Shown: one piece after another, positions 32,132-43,028 of the stretch
Layout: every line of letters starts with the position of its first letter
Position numbering within the stretch: the first letter of the stretch is position 1
From: Candidatus Acididesulfobacter diazotrophicus
Lineage (GTDB): Bacteria > SZUA-79 > Acidulodesulfobacterales > Acidulodesulfobacteraceae
Reading direction: 5' to 3'
Assembly (NCBI GenBank): GCA_004195025.1
Contig: SGBB01000004.1
Span: 53,478-117,477, forward strand
Length of the DNA stretch: 64,000 nt
Program-made: the position numbers and the translations under genes
The notes under the pieces: generated by a model
Database searches by the model: none
What the model was told of the DNA's origin: nothing
Seen by the model: the letters and a program-made list of their open reading frames with translations, nothing else

Positions 32132-32881
32132 GTGAAAAAATTACGATTAGATATTCTGCTGTCTGAAAAAATTATAGCGGGACAAACATTAACTCGAAGC
32201 AGAGCATCATCTTTAATAATTGAATGTAAAGTCACGGTAAACGGAAAAATATGTTCTAAACCTGGTACATTAGTAAATATTGAAAGCGACATTGATATTA
32301 TTGAATCCGCTAATCCTTATGTATCAAGAGGCGGCATAAAACTAAAAAACGCTTTGAATGAATTTAACGTAAGCGTTAAAGGTTGCAGAGCTTTAGATGT
32401 CGGAGCTTCTACAGGCGGATTTACCGACTGTCTGTTAAAAGAAGGATGCGAATTAGTCTATTGTGTTGATGTAGGCTATGGACAGCTGGATTATAATTTA
32501 AGAAATAATGAAAAAGTAATAAATTATGAAAAAACTCATATTAAAGATCTTGGGTTTGATAAAATAAAAGAAAAAGTTGATATTTGCGTGATTGACGCAT
32601 CTTTCATACCGTTAAAAAAAGTGCTTCCATATGCGGTAAAATTTTTAAAAGATGACGGTTTAATACTTGCCTTAATAAAGCCGCAATTTGAAACAGGCAG
32701 CAAAAAATTCCTAAAAAAAGGCATCGTTAAAGATGAAAAGATTTATGAAAATATAATATCTGATATAATAGAATTTTCAAAAACTATAAATCTTATAAGT
32801 TTGGGAGTCAAAAAATCGTGTATAAAAGGAAAAAAAGGGAATACGGAGTTTTTTATCCATCTTGTAAAAACTCCGGCATAA
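32132..32881 (+). CDS. tlyA: TlyA-family rRNA 2'-O-methyltransferase (S4 + FtsJ-like domains)
   Basis: It has an S4-like N-terminus (RLDILLSEK...), VSRGGIKL, and the SAM motif LDVGASTGGFTDCLL. It lies downstream of dxs as in many bacteria. Confidence 0.85.
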   Translation: MKKLRLDILLSEKIIAGQTLTRSRASSLIIECKVTVNGKICSKPGTLVNIESDIDIIESANPYVSRGGIKLKNALNEFNVSVKGCRALDVGASTGGFTDCLLKEGCELVYCVDVGYGQLDYNLRNNEKVINYEKTHIKDLGFDKIKEKVDICVIDASFIPLKKVLPYAVKFLKDDGLILALIKPQFETGSKKFLKKGIVKDEKIYENIISDIIEFSKTINLISLGVKKSCIKGKKGNTEFFIHLVKTPA

Positions 32882-34527
32882 GCACAGAATCAATAATAAC
32901 TAAATTTTTAAGGTCGTTTTTTATATTAATATTATTTATTAACACATTATCGGTATTTTTTTTCTTAACTTCTCCATCATCTTCGTATGCATTCAGGGCA
33001 TCGGATATCCAAAAAATAATTAATGGCTTTATTTATGAAAATTACGGAAATTATAATAAATCTTTAGAAACATCTAAAAATATATTAAAAAAATCCAATA
33101 GCGCCGTCGGATATCATTATCTTGCAAAATTATATTTAAAGAACAAGAATTTTAAAAAAGCAAAATATTATATTGATAAGACAATTAAAATCAGCCATAA
33201 AGAAAATAAGATTAATTACTATATTTTAAAAACTAAAATATATTTAAATGAAAATAAGATTAAAAAATCTTTAAATACTTTAAATTTTATTTTAAAAAAG
33301 GAGCCGTATAATAGACATGCATTATTGCTAATCGCAGGTATTTATAAATTTCAAAAAAAATATGCTTCAGCTTCATATTATTTAAATCTGCTTAAATTAT
33401 ATTATCCAGATAATATAGACTCTTATTATGAATTATCAAAGATTTATATCGAGGAAAATAAGCCCGCAAAAGCAATAAAAAATTTAAAAGAAGTAGTTGT
33501 ATTAAATCCTTATTTTAAAGAAAGCTATTTCCAATTAGCCGCAATTTACACGGTAATCGGAAAAGAAAAGCAAGCATTAAACATTCTTAAAAGATATTTA
33601 AAATATAATCCGCATAGCAATTTTGCATTATATCAATCAGGCCTTATAAATTATGCCGTTAAAAATTATAAATTAAGCAGAAAATATTTTTTTAGATTGC
33701 TGCATTCAATTTCTATCGGAAAAAATAACCTTAGAAATAATTCATATTTCTTCATCGGAGCTTCTTATTATTTTCAAAATAATTATCCCGAAAGCATTAA
33801 ATATCTTTCAATGGTTAAATACGGTCAGCATTATGTAGATTCAAGGTTTCAGGAAATTGAAATATATTTGGCACTTAATAATAAAGCGCAAAATCATAAA
33901 TATAATATAAATATTAACTATATCATTAATGAACTAATAAATAATAAAAAATTAGAAAAAAATTTAAAAGTTTATTATTTTTCCGCAATTTCATTAATGG
34001 AAATAAAACAGTACATGGAAGCCAAAAACGTTCTAAATAAAGGATTGGAATATTTTCCTAAAAACACTGCACTACTTTATCAATTAGGTTCCGATTATCA
34101 TTTTTTACATAATAACAAAAAATCATTACAAATAATGAACAGTGTGTTGGAAATTAATCCGATGAGCGCCGATGCATTAAATTTTAAAGGATATTATCTT
34201 GCAGCTCATAAGAAAAATATAATTAAAGCAAAAAAATTAATCAAAAAAGCGCTGTCTATAAAACCTGATTCTCCTTATATTATAGACAGCATGGGATTTG
34301 TTTATTTAAGACTTAAAGAATACAAAAAAGCTTTGCTTTATTTTAAACGCGCATTAAAAAAATTAAAGAATTCAAGCGTCGTATTAAGACATACTGGAAT
34401 GGATTATTTAATGCTGAAAAATTATGGGAAAGCTAAAAAATATTTAAAATTATCCGAAAAAATTAAAAAATCTAATGAGACGCTAAAATATTTAAAAAAA
34501 TTAAACAATCTGATAAAGAATAATTAA
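32818..34527 (+). CDS. TPR-repeat protein with N-terminal signal/anchor; the annotated start is probably too far upstream
   Basis: Multiple TPR-like 34-aa repeats (e.g. AKKYLKLSEKI, ALLYFKRALKK) and the hydrophobic segment FILILFINTLSVFFFLTSPSSSYA. The listed ORF overlaps tlyA by 64 nt, so a downstream non-ATG start is likely. Confidence 0.7.
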   Translation: MYKRKKREYGVFYPSCKNSGISTESIITKFLRSFFILILFINTLSVFFFLTSPSSSYAFRASDIQKIINGFIYENYGNYNKSLETSKNILKKSNSAVGYHYLAKLYLKNKNFKKAKYYIDKTIKISHKENKINYYILKTKIYLNENKIKKSLNTLNFILKKEPYNRHALLLIAGIYKFQKKYASASYYLNLLKLYYPDNIDSYYELSKIYIEENKPAKAIKNLKEVVVLNPYFKESYFQLAAIYTVIGKEKQALNILKRYLKYNPHSNFALYQSGLINYAVKNYKLSRKYFFRLLHSISIGKNNLRNNSYFFIGASYYFQNNYPESIKYLSMVKYGQHYVDSRFQEIEIYLALNNKAQNHKYNININYIINELINNKKLEKNLKVYYFSAISLMEIKQYMEAKNVLNKGLEYFPKNTALLYQLGSDYHFLHNNKKSLQIMNSVLEINPMSADALNFKGYYLAAHKKNIIKAKKLIKKALSIKPDSPYIIDSMGFVYLRLKEYKKALLYFKRALKKLKNSSVVLRHTGMDYLMLKNYGKAKKYLKLSEKIKKSNETLKYLKKLNNLIKNN

Positions 34528-35978
34528 GATTTTAAATTTTTAATAGTTTCTAATTTTCTATATAACGTTTTAAGTCCTATATTTAATGTTTTTGAAGTTT
34601 TTACCTTATCGTTAGAATTCTTTAGAAGAGTTTTTAATATAATCAAATTTTCTGCGTCTTCAAGATGCATATTAAACGGAATTTTTATAAAGTCTTCTTT
34701 GTCTTCGCCGCTGTTTATTGTATTATCACTATGTTCTTCGTTTCTATTATTTTTATTATTAGATAAATTATTTTTATATTTTAAGTCATTTAAATAAGCA
34801 GGCAAAATATTTTCATTAATAATATCGTTATTTGCAGAAACTGCTACCATAAATTCAATTATATTTTTAAGTTCCCTTATATTTCCCGGATAATTATAAT
34901 CTAATAAGATGTTTAAAACTTTTTCATTTACACCTTTAATATTTTTTCCCATTTCTTTAGAAAAATCTTCCGTAAATTTATTAACAAGCAAAGGTATATC
35001 TTCTTTTCTTTCGCGAAGAGGAGTAATTTTCAAATTTATTACATTAAGCCTGTAATATAAATCTTGTCTGAACTCTCCTTTTTTAACTTTATCAGCTATA
35101 TCTTGGGATGCGGCTATTATTCTTATATCAACCTTGATTGTTTTATTGCCGCCTACACGCTCAAATTCTTTTTCTTGGAGAACCCTTAAAATTTTAGCCT
35201 GAGTCTTAAGAGGAATTTCGCCTATTTCATCTAAAAAAATTGTTCCTCCGTCAGCAACCTCAAATCTGCCTTTATGAAGAGAATCAGCGCCGGTAAACGA
35301 TCCTTTTTCATGTCCAAAAAGTTCGCTTTCTAAAATAGTTTCGGAAAGCGCGGCACAATTTAATTTTATAAACGGTTTATTTTTTCTTTCGCTGCTATTG
35401 ACAATAATGTTTGCAAGAAGTTCTTTACCCGTTCCCGATTCTCCCTCTATTAATACTGTAGAATTTGTATTAGATACGGCAATAGCAGTATTTATAATTT
35501 CTATCATTTTTTTTGATTTAGTGATTAAATTTCCAAAACTAAATTTATCTTCAAGCCGTATTTTTAATTCATTTATTTCGCTTAATAAATTGCGTTTAGA
35601 AACAATTCTTTTTAATATAATGTCTAATTCTTCAAGGTTAATAGGCTTTGTTATATAGTCGTAAGCTCCTGATTTAATTGCCTCAACAGCCGTTTTAACA
35701 GAGCTGAAACCAGTCGTAATCAGCACGTCTATATCAAAATTTTTTGATTTTACTATTTTAAGGATTTCAATGCCGGAACCGTCAGGTAATTTAAGATCGG
35801 TTATTATTACATCTATAAAATGAATTTTTTTGATATCGTCTAAAATTTTAGCTGCGGATTTAAAATCTTTAGCTTCGGTAATATTATATCCTTCCGCTCT
35901 AAGATAATTTGAAAGCGCAAAAAGCGATGCTTCATTGTCTTCGACTATAAGTATATTCAATGCATAACTCATTCCCAA
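34524..35978 (-). CDS. Sigma54-dependent response regulator (NtrC family)
   Basis: It has a receiver domain, Walker A GESGTGKE, the sigma54-contact loop GSFTGA, and a C-terminal HTH. Its stop overlaps the convergent TPR gene stop by 4 nt. Confidence 0.85.
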   Translation of the reverse strand: MGMSYALNILIVEDNEASLFALSNYLRAEGYNITEAKDFKSAAKILDDIKKIHFIDVIITDLKLPDGSGIEILKIVKSKNFDIDVLITTGFSSVKTAVEAIKSGAYDYITKPINLEELDIILKRIVSKRNLLSEINELKIRLEDKFSFGNLITKSKKMIEIINTAIAVSNTNSTVLIEGESGTGKELLANIIVNSSERKNKPFIKLNCAALSETILESELFGHEKGSFTGADSLHKGRFEVADGGTIFLDEIGEIPLKTQAKILRVLQEKEFERVGGNKTIKVDIRIIAASQDIADKVKKGEFRQDLYYRLNVINLKITPLRERKEDIPLLVNKFTEDFSKEMGKNIKGVNEKVLNILLDYNYPGNIRELKNIIEFMVAVSANNDIINENILPAYLNDLKYKNNLSNNKNNRNEEHSDNTINSGEDKEDFIKIPFNMHLEDAENLIILKTLLKNSNDKVKTSKTLNIGLKTLYRKLETIKNLKS

Positions 35979-36038
35979 AATTGCAGATAGAAATATTTAA
36001 AATAGCTTTAAAGTTATATAAACATTGGCAATTTTGGG
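35974..36038. repeat. Intercistronic 11-bp-stem hairpin CCCAAAATTGC...GCAATTTTGGG between kinase and regulator genes
   Basis: cccaaaattgc (35974-35984) and gcaattttggg (36028-36038) are perfect complements separated by 43 nt. The arm sequence matches the termini of the 22-kb and 43-kb elements. Confidence 0.6.
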
Positions 36039-36047
36039 TCATTTATA

Positions 36048-37223
36048 TTAATTAAGGACATGGCTTAAAATAATGGATACTTTAGTCCCTTTACTCTGCT
36101 GCGTATCAATATCAATAGAAAACCCATGCGAATCAATAACTTTTTTAACAAATGCAAGACCTAATCCTATGCCGTTTTCTCTTGTCGTAAAAAAAGGTTC
36201 AAATATTTTTTTTAAATTATTTTTGCTGATTCCCATTCCTTTATCTTCAATTACTATCATTGCTTTAGAAAAATAATAAGATGAATATATATAAACGGAA
36301 CCTGGCATTCCGTTATAAGAATTAATTGAATTTGATACTAAATTCATAAAAACCTGCTTCATAAGAGACGGATCCATTCTTACTATAATTTGTTTATCTA
36401 TATTTAATTTAATATTAATATTATTATTATTAAAATAACTTAAATCAATATCGTTTATGGATTCGCGAATTAGTGAATCTAAACAGATATCTTCAAAATC
36501 AGGTTTAAAAGATTTGGAAAATTTTATTATATTTTCCATTGTTAAATTTATTTTATCTGTTTCAGATTCAATCATACTGCCAATCTTGACAAAATCTGAC
36601 TTAATTTCCGATGTATTGTTAAAATTATCTGCATTATTATTAATAATATTTTTACCTGAATGAAAATTAAAATTATTTAATTTGGAATTTAATAACTTAG
36701 AATTAATAGACAATGCATTTATATTGTTTTTAATTTCATGAAAAATAAGAGACGGCACCTCAAGAGCATTTTTTTCAATTGAACTCAAACTCAATTCTAG
36801 ATTATCCTGCTTAATTATTAGCTTGTAAAAATATAAAAACATTAATGATACTATGATAAAAGATAATACTGCGGCAATTACAAAAAACGTGAAAAAACCG
36901 CTGTACTGAAAACTGCCGAAAATATGCGGGGGAAATCCGCCGCCGTATAAATTATTGCCGTTATTATAATTATAATATACGGCAGATGACTGATTCAGCG
37001 AATACATCGAATTTTTTTGAGTATCTGCAAAATTAAAAATTGAATAAACTGAATAAGAAAGAAAACCGATAATTAAAAATAGACTGAAAGTTAAAACGCC
37101 GAGAACCGAAATCTTAAAATTTTTTTTCTTTGATAAAAAATTTATACCGTCGGAAATTTGACCGCGTGATAATAATTTTTCTTTCAAAAAAAGTTTATTA
37201 GGTTTTAATTTTAACTTCAACAT
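36048..37223 (-). CDS. Membrane sensor histidine kinase
   Basis: Two TM segments, H-box FHEIKNNINAL, and ATPase motifs NLVSNSINS and GIGLGLAFVKKVIDSHG. It lies upstream of the NtrC-type regulator. Confidence 0.8.
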   Translation of the reverse strand: MLKLKLKPNKLFLKEKLLSRGQISDGINFLSKKKNFKISVLGVLTFSLFLIIGFLSYSVYSIFNFADTQKNSMYSLNQSSAVYYNYNNGNNLYGGGFPPHIFGSFQYSGFFTFFVIAAVLSFIIVSLMFLYFYKLIIKQDNLELSLSSIEKNALEVPSLIFHEIKNNINALSINSKLLNSKLNNFNFHSGKNIINNNADNFNNTSEIKSDFVKIGSMIESETDKINLTMENIIKFSKSFKPDFEDICLDSLIRESINDIDLSYFNNNNINIKLNIDKQIIVRMDPSLMKQVFMNLVSNSINSYNGMPGSVYIYSSYYFSKAMIVIEDKGMGISKNNLKKIFEPFFTTRENGIGLGLAFVKKVIDSHGFSIDIDTQQSKGTKVSIILSHVLN

Positions 37224-37459
37224 AGCTCAACTCATTATTATTATTATCTATTGTCATTTATTTAAATAACATCATAATATATTATACCATATTATATAGT
37301 ATATTATAGTTTTTATATTATGAAACAAAATAATTAAATAAAATAAAAAAATAACAAATTAAATAATTGCAATGATTGATTTAATTTAATAATTAATATA
37401 GTTTAATTATAATAAAATTTTTTAAAAAAATAAAGCTTTTCAGTTTAAAAATATAATCT

Positions 37460-38401
37460 TTACTTGAAAACTTCTTGTTTTTGGGATTGGAATATATATT
37501 CCGTAAATTCTATATCTTCTTTTATTTTTTCCTGCAAATCGTTGACCGAATCAAATTTAATCTCGTCTCTTATCCTTTCAACAAAATAAACCTCAATTTC
37601 ATTATCATAAATATCGCCTACAAAATTGAATATAAAAGATTCTATTCTGCGCAAATCATCATTGAAAGTAGGATTTGAACCAATGTTGGTAATGGCTTTA
37701 TAGTTTATACCGTTAATTTTAACAAATGATGCATATACACCGTCTTTAGGGAATAATTCTTCTTCAGGTATAATATTTGCCGTTGGAAAACCTATTGACT
37801 TACCTCTATTGCTACCTTTAATAACTTTTCCATGTACAGAATAATATCTTCCTAAATACGCTTTAACTTTAAAAATTTCTCCTTTAAGTATTAATTGTCT
37901 AATAAGAGTGCTGGATATAATATCATCCCCTATTTTTACTGGACTTACAACCGACAGTTCAAAACCTAATTCATTAGAATACCTGTCAAGGAGCGTAATA
38001 TCTCCTTTTTTACCGTTTCCAAAACCAAAATCATGTCCTACAATTATTTTTAAAGGTTTAAGCTTTTCATATATAATTTCTTTAATAAAAGTTTCCGGCG
38101 GCATTTTTGCAAATTTCAAACTGAAAGGAATATAGATTAAATAATCAATGCCTAATTTTGCAATTAATTCAACTTTTTTTTCAAAAGTAGTGATTAAATG
38201 TATTTTCCTTTCCGGTTTTAATGTTTTCATAGGATGAGGATGAAAGGTAAGCACAATAGATTTTGAATTTATTTTTTCGGCTGATTCTTTAGTGAGTTCC
38301 ATTAATTTGATATGTCCTAAATGTATTCCGTCGAAGCTTCCTATAGTCAAAACAGAATTTTGAAAAGTGAAATTTAAATCATTAATATTATATATTTTCA
38401 T
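37460..38401 (-). CDS. ribF: Bifunctional riboflavin kinase / FMN adenylyltransferase
   Basis: GSFDGIHLGHIKL at the N-terminus and the kinase motif GKSIGFPTANI. Confidence 0.9.
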   Translation of the reverse strand: MKIYNINDLNFTFQNSVLTIGSFDGIHLGHIKLMELTKESAEKINSKSIVLTFHPHPMKTLKPERKIHLITTFEKKVELIAKLGIDYLIYIPFSLKFAKMPPETFIKEIIYEKLKPLKIIVGHDFGFGNGKKGDITLLDRYSNELGFELSVVSPVKIGDDIISSTLIRQLILKGEIFKVKAYLGRYYSVHGKVIKGSNRGKSIGFPTANIIPEEELFPKDGVYASFVKINGINYKAITNIGSNPTFNDDLRRIESFIFNFVGDIYDNEIEVYFVERIRDEIKFDSVNDLQEKIKEDIEFTEYIFQSQKQEVFK

Positions 38402-38599
38402 AATAAAATATTTTAAAAAATATAAATCAATTATATGTTATATATAGTTAAACTAAATATTCTATAACTTCATTCTATATGTTAATGTAATATAAATATA
38501 TCAAGCTTATTTGTATTTATTTAAATGTTCTTAATAATATATTTTAGCTGTAATAAATAAATATAATAAACAATAATAGTTGCAAGTCCTTTATGCATC

Positions 38600-40294
38600 T
38601 TATTTTTTATTCAATCCTTTTATCAGTAATACAAATAAGTACAGCATGCCTAAAATCCAACCTACGGTTCCCATTGTTTCCATCCACCCCATTTTTGCCG
38701 AGCTTCCTAAAAACATTAAAATGGTAGAAGAAATTATTAGAGCAACAAGTAAAAGTCCAAGCACAAGCCGTTTACTGGCGTTTTCTATCTCATTAATGAG
38801 TCCTTCAAGACCTTTATGAATAAATTCTATTGAAAAATTATCTTCAGACATTTTACGTAATATTTTCTCGCCTTTTTTTGGAAAATCAGCTATCAAATCA
38901 CCGTAATCTTTTAATTTTTCAAAAAATGATTCTTTTATAGATTTAACTTTTTCTTCATTTGAAATTTTTCCTTCTACAAAATCATAAAAATTTAATCTAC
39001 TAAATGTAAAATCAGGATCTAATATTTTAGCAATAGATTCAATTGAAAGAAGCGCTTTAAATAGCAATGAAAGCTCCGAAGGAACAACTATCCGATGTCT
39101 TCTTGCAATTTTTAATGTTTCTAATAGTAATTCGGAACTATATAATTCTTTAAAAGGCGTGACTGACACGCTGTCTATAAATTCCATCAAATCATGCTTA
39201 AAACTTTGTTCTTCTTTCTCGCTTAATTCAGCCAAACATATTTCCATAAAATCATTAGCTGCAAGTTCATAATCTTCTTTCAAAAAATTTATAAGATAAT
39301 TAAGGGCTTTTTGCCTTGTATTCTTAGTTAAGTTTCCTACAAGTCCATGGTCTATAACGCCAATCGTAGAATTATTGATGACAAAAATATTTCCGGGATG
39401 TGGGTCGGCATTAAAAGAACCTATTAAAAAAATCTGATTAAAAAAATATTCCAAAAAAATATCAAGAATTTTTTTTAAATCATATCCTTTATTTACTAAC
39501 TCATTTTTATCGGAAATTTTAATCCCTTCTATAAATTCTTCTACTAAAATAGATTCTGTAGAATACTCCCTGAATATTTTAGGTATAGCGACGGTTTCTT
39601 TGTTAATATTTGAGTTTCTGATTCTGTCGGTATATCCTGCTTCCTGTAAAAAATTCAATTCTGTTTTAATGTTTTTAGAAAATTCATTATATAATTCATC
39701 TATATTGTCTATATAAAAAAGTTCTTTAGCCGGTTTTCTTATAATTTTTACTATAAAATAAAGAACATCCAGATCTTCTTTTATTATTTTAGCTGCACCG
39801 GGCTTTTTAATTTTAACGGCTACTTTAGTTCCGTCTTTAAGAACAGCTTTGTGCACCTGTGCAATGGAAGCGGAGGCAATAGGGATTTCATTGAATTCAA
39901 GAAAAATATCCTCAATATTTTTATTTAAACCTTTCATGATAAGTTCTTTAATCTGAAAATTTTCGGCATAATTTAACCGAACGTTATCTTGAAGGTTTTT
40001 AAGTTCATTTATATATTGAGGAGGCAGCATCGAAATTTCCTGAGAAGCCATCTGCCCGAGTTTTATAAAAGTAGGACCTAATTCTTCTAATACAAATCTT
40101 AATCTAACTTCAGGAGGAGCTTCTCCCGTATCTGAAGTAGAATACGCTCTTTTTAAATACTTTTTAAAAATAAAATATCTTGAAAGACCGATAGATATAA
40201 TAAACTGATAAAATCCGTGCTTAATAAAAATAAATGAAACTTCTCTTATTCTTTTTACGGCTTTAAAAAACTTAAAAACTTCTAATATTTTCAT
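38600..40294 (-). CDS. ubiB: ABC1/UbiB-family atypical protein kinase
   Basis: GPTFIKLGQMASQ, the ASIAQVHKA lysine motif, ADPHPGN, and two C-terminal TM helices. Confidence 0.8.
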   Translation of the reverse strand: MKILEVFKFFKAVKRIREVSFIFIKHGFYQFIISIGLSRYFIFKKYLKRAYSTSDTGEAPPEVRLRFVLEELGPTFIKLGQMASQEISMLPPQYINELKNLQDNVRLNYAENFQIKELIMKGLNKNIEDIFLEFNEIPIASASIAQVHKAVLKDGTKVAVKIKKPGAAKIIKEDLDVLYFIVKIIRKPAKELFYIDNIDELYNEFSKNIKTELNFLQEAGYTDRIRNSNINKETVAIPKIFREYSTESILVEEFIEGIKISDKNELVNKGYDLKKILDIFLEYFFNQIFLIGSFNADPHPGNIFVINNSTIGVIDHGLVGNLTKNTRQKALNYLINFLKEDYELAANDFMEICLAELSEKEEQSFKHDLMEFIDSVSVTPFKELYSSELLLETLKIARRHRIVVPSELSLLFKALLSIESIAKILDPDFTFSRLNFYDFVEGKISNEEKVKSIKESFFEKLKDYGDLIADFPKKGEKILRKMSEDNFSIEFIHKGLEGLINEIENASKRLVLGLLLVALIISSTILMFLGSSAKMGWMETMGTVGWILGMLYLFVLLIKGLNKK

Positions 40295-40296
40295 TA

Positions 40297-42642
40297 TTAT
40301 TTTTTATTCGTCTTTGTTTTGTTTTGTTTTTTTGTTTTTATTTTTTTATTTTGGCGGCTTCTTTGCAAGTTTTTTTGTAATAATTTATTTTCTATAAGTC
40401 TTAAATCTATTTCTCTTTTTAAAAGATCAATAGAATATATACCGACTTCAACTTCATCGCCTATTTTAAATATTTTGCCGGAATGCCTTCCTCTTAAGAT
40501 TTTGGTATTATAATTATATTCATAGTAATCATCTGCTATCGTAGATACATGCACAAAACCTGCAATAAAATATCCCGTAATTTGAACAAAAAAGCCAAAA
40601 TTAGTAACGCTGGTAATATAGCCGCTATAAATTTCCGCCGCATTTTTTTTTAAAAACTGCATTTTTTTAAATTCGGCATACTCTCTTTCTGCTTCGGTAG
40701 AAAGTCTTTCTCTTTGAGATATGAAACCGCCGGCTGATTTTAAATACTCATTATTCCACCATGAAGAATTATTATTTTTAACGCTGTTATCCGTTTCTGG
40801 ATATAATTCTGAATATATAATAATCTTTAGAATCCTGTGAACAATTAAATCAGCATATCTCCGTATAGGCGATGTAAAATGAGTATATGATTTGAGAGCT
40901 AAACCAAAATGATGAATATTTATATTAGAATATACTGCTATCTTCATTGATTTTAGGAATGCCTGCTCAAGAAAAGGGGATATAGGCTTTCCTTTTAGCG
41001 AATCTAGCATTTTCTGGTAATCTATGCCTGAATCTAATGATTTTGTGGAAAAATTAAAACCAAACGGTTTTATAGTTTTTAAAAATTCATTTATTTTTTC
41101 TTCATCAGGTTTTGCATGTACCCTATATAAAGAAGGTGCATTTTTACTTTCAATTAACTCAGATACGGCGCAGTTGGCGGTTATCATAAAATCTTCTATT
41201 AAATCATTTGCAAAATTTCTTTCTTCCTGCACTATTTTTTGAACATCTCCTGATTCGTCAATAATAACTTTGCTTGAAACTGGATCAAAATTAAGACTGC
41301 CGCTTTTAAGTCTCTTCATTCTTAATATATTAGACAACTCTTTCATTTGCAGGAGCATATCTTTGATAGGGTTAAGTTTTAAATAAACATTATCTTTTAT
41401 TTCTGCTTCATTGTTGTCTACACCTGAGATAAATTCAAAAACTTCGTTATAAGTTAATCTGCCGAAAGTTTTGATAATACCTTCATACACTTTTTTTTCA
41501 AGCAATTTGCCGTGCTTGTCTATTAGCATTTCGCAAACCATGACAAATCTTTTTGCTTTAGGGAGAAGACTGCATAAATTATTTGATAATCTTTCCGGAA
41601 GCATAGGATAAACTTTAGCAGGAAAATAAGTTGAATTACCTCTTTTATATGCTTCGATATCAATTTTGCTTCCATATTTAACAAAATAAGAAACATCGGC
41701 TATAGCGACATATAATTTGTATTTGACTCCAGTATTGCCCTTTTTATTAATTAACTCCAAATAGATAGCATCGTCAAAATCCTTAGCATCTTCTCCGTCT
41801 ATGGTAATAAAAGGAAGATTGGTCAAGTCTATCCTTCTTGCTTTGTTCTCTTTGTCATATAAATCGCTTTCTTCAAAATTTGCGGGAATTAAATCCGATT
41901 CTTTCAAGGTTTCTTCGTCAAAATCTTTATATAAATTGTATTTATTAATTATAATTTCTTCTTCTATACCGCTGCCGTCTATATCGCCTAATATTTTTTC
42001 CACCGATACTATTCTGGAAGAAAAATCTTCGGGGTTAATTAATTTAGCTTTAACAATAATCCCGTCTTTAATTTGTTTTTTATCTTTAAATCCATGCAAA
42101 TCAAAATAAAATAAATCCGTAAAATTGGATGAAACAGGTATGAGCGTGGCTATATTTTTATCTAATTTTACCGTCGCCATGAAACTTTCCAATTGTCTTT
42201 TAACAATTCTGACGACGCTGCCTCTGATTTTTTTATTTGATTTTGAAATATTTTTTAAATAATGCGAACTGTCTGGAATTACTCTTAACAAAACAATATC
42301 TTTCGGCAGCGCTCCTGCTAAATCAGAATTTTTAACATAAATATCTGACCCGCCTGCGCTATTTCTTACAAATGAAAAATTATCTTTTTTTGAAACTACT
42401 TCGCCTTCAATTAAATGAAGTTTTTGAGGTAATGCATATTTCCCTCCTTTAGTAAATATTATATCTCCGTTTTTTACCATTAAATCTAAAATTTCTTTAG
42501 CTTTTGCAAGTTTTACAGGAGAATTAATATTTAATTTATGTTTAATATCTAAAAGGGATAAGGGTATAGATTGTTCTTCAAAAAAAATATTGGAAATTTC
42601 TTCTTTAGATATGACTTTATTATTTTTAATGAAATTTTTCAT
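40297..42642 (-). CDS. rnr: Ribonuclease R
   Basis: 781 aa with RNB catalytic region DGEDAKDFDDAIY, HFTSPIRRYADLIVHR, a C-terminal S1 domain and a Lys-rich tail. Confidence 0.9.
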   Translation of the reverse strand: MKNFIKNNKVISKEEISNIFFEEQSIPLSLLDIKHKLNINSPVKLAKAKEILDLMVKNGDIIFTKGGKYALPQKLHLIEGEVVSKKDNFSFVRNSAGGSDIYVKNSDLAGALPKDIVLLRVIPDSSHYLKNISKSNKKIRGSVVRIVKRQLESFMATVKLDKNIATLIPVSSNFTDLFYFDLHGFKDKKQIKDGIIVKAKLINPEDFSSRIVSVEKILGDIDGSGIEEEIIINKYNLYKDFDEETLKESDLIPANFEESDLYDKENKARRIDLTNLPFITIDGEDAKDFDDAIYLELINKKGNTGVKYKLYVAIADVSYFVKYGSKIDIEAYKRGNSTYFPAKVYPMLPERLSNNLCSLLPKAKRFVMVCEMLIDKHGKLLEKKVYEGIIKTFGRLTYNEVFEFISGVDNNEAEIKDNVYLKLNPIKDMLLQMKELSNILRMKRLKSGSLNFDPVSSKVIIDESGDVQKIVQEERNFANDLIEDFMITANCAVSELIESKNAPSLYRVHAKPDEEKINEFLKTIKPFGFNFSTKSLDSGIDYQKMLDSLKGKPISPFLEQAFLKSMKIAVYSNINIHHFGLALKSYTHFTSPIRRYADLIVHRILKIIIYSELYPETDNSVKNNNSSWWNNEYLKSAGGFISQRERLSTEAEREYAEFKKMQFLKKNAAEIYSGYITSVTNFGFFVQITGYFIAGFVHVSTIADDYYEYNYNTKILRGRHSGKIFKIGDEVEVGIYSIDLLKREIDLRLIENKLLQKNLQRSRQNKKIKTKKQNKTKTNKK

Positions 42643-43028
42643 TATATTTATTATATTTATATTTAATATTTATATTTATTTGTATCTATATATGATATGT
42701 AATGCTATGTAATGCGTAATAAAAAATTATAACCGTTATAAAATTGCAAGCAAAACATTATTTATTTTTATCTATAATAATCCTGTATGAAATAAAGCAA
42801 TTTGTAATGTAATTTGCAATTAAATAATTAAAATTAAATTAAATTAAATTAAATATTAATATTCTATCATACATAATTAAAATATTTATAAATAATTATT
42901 CCAAATTAAGCTTAATTTGGTTATAATGAATCAGTATAATAAAAATCACTAATAATTAAAAGAATTAAATGATATCCTTAAATTACCGACAGAGATTATT
43001 AAATATACCGTAATGCATTAATAATATA

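Noticed and set aside
32026-32292. 88-aa minus-strand ORF upstream of and overlapping the tlyA start
   Set aside because: It overlaps the tlyA N-terminus in antisense and extends into AT-rich spacer. Its translation is low-complexity (…LILFYYIFNFLFYFI) and has no support.
32818-32881. 64-nt overlap between tlyA and the TPR protein gene as a possible programmed overlap or frameshift
   Set aside because: It is more simply explained by ORF over-extension. The hydrophobic signal/anchor of the TPR protein starts well downstream, so an alternative start after the tlyA stop is likely.
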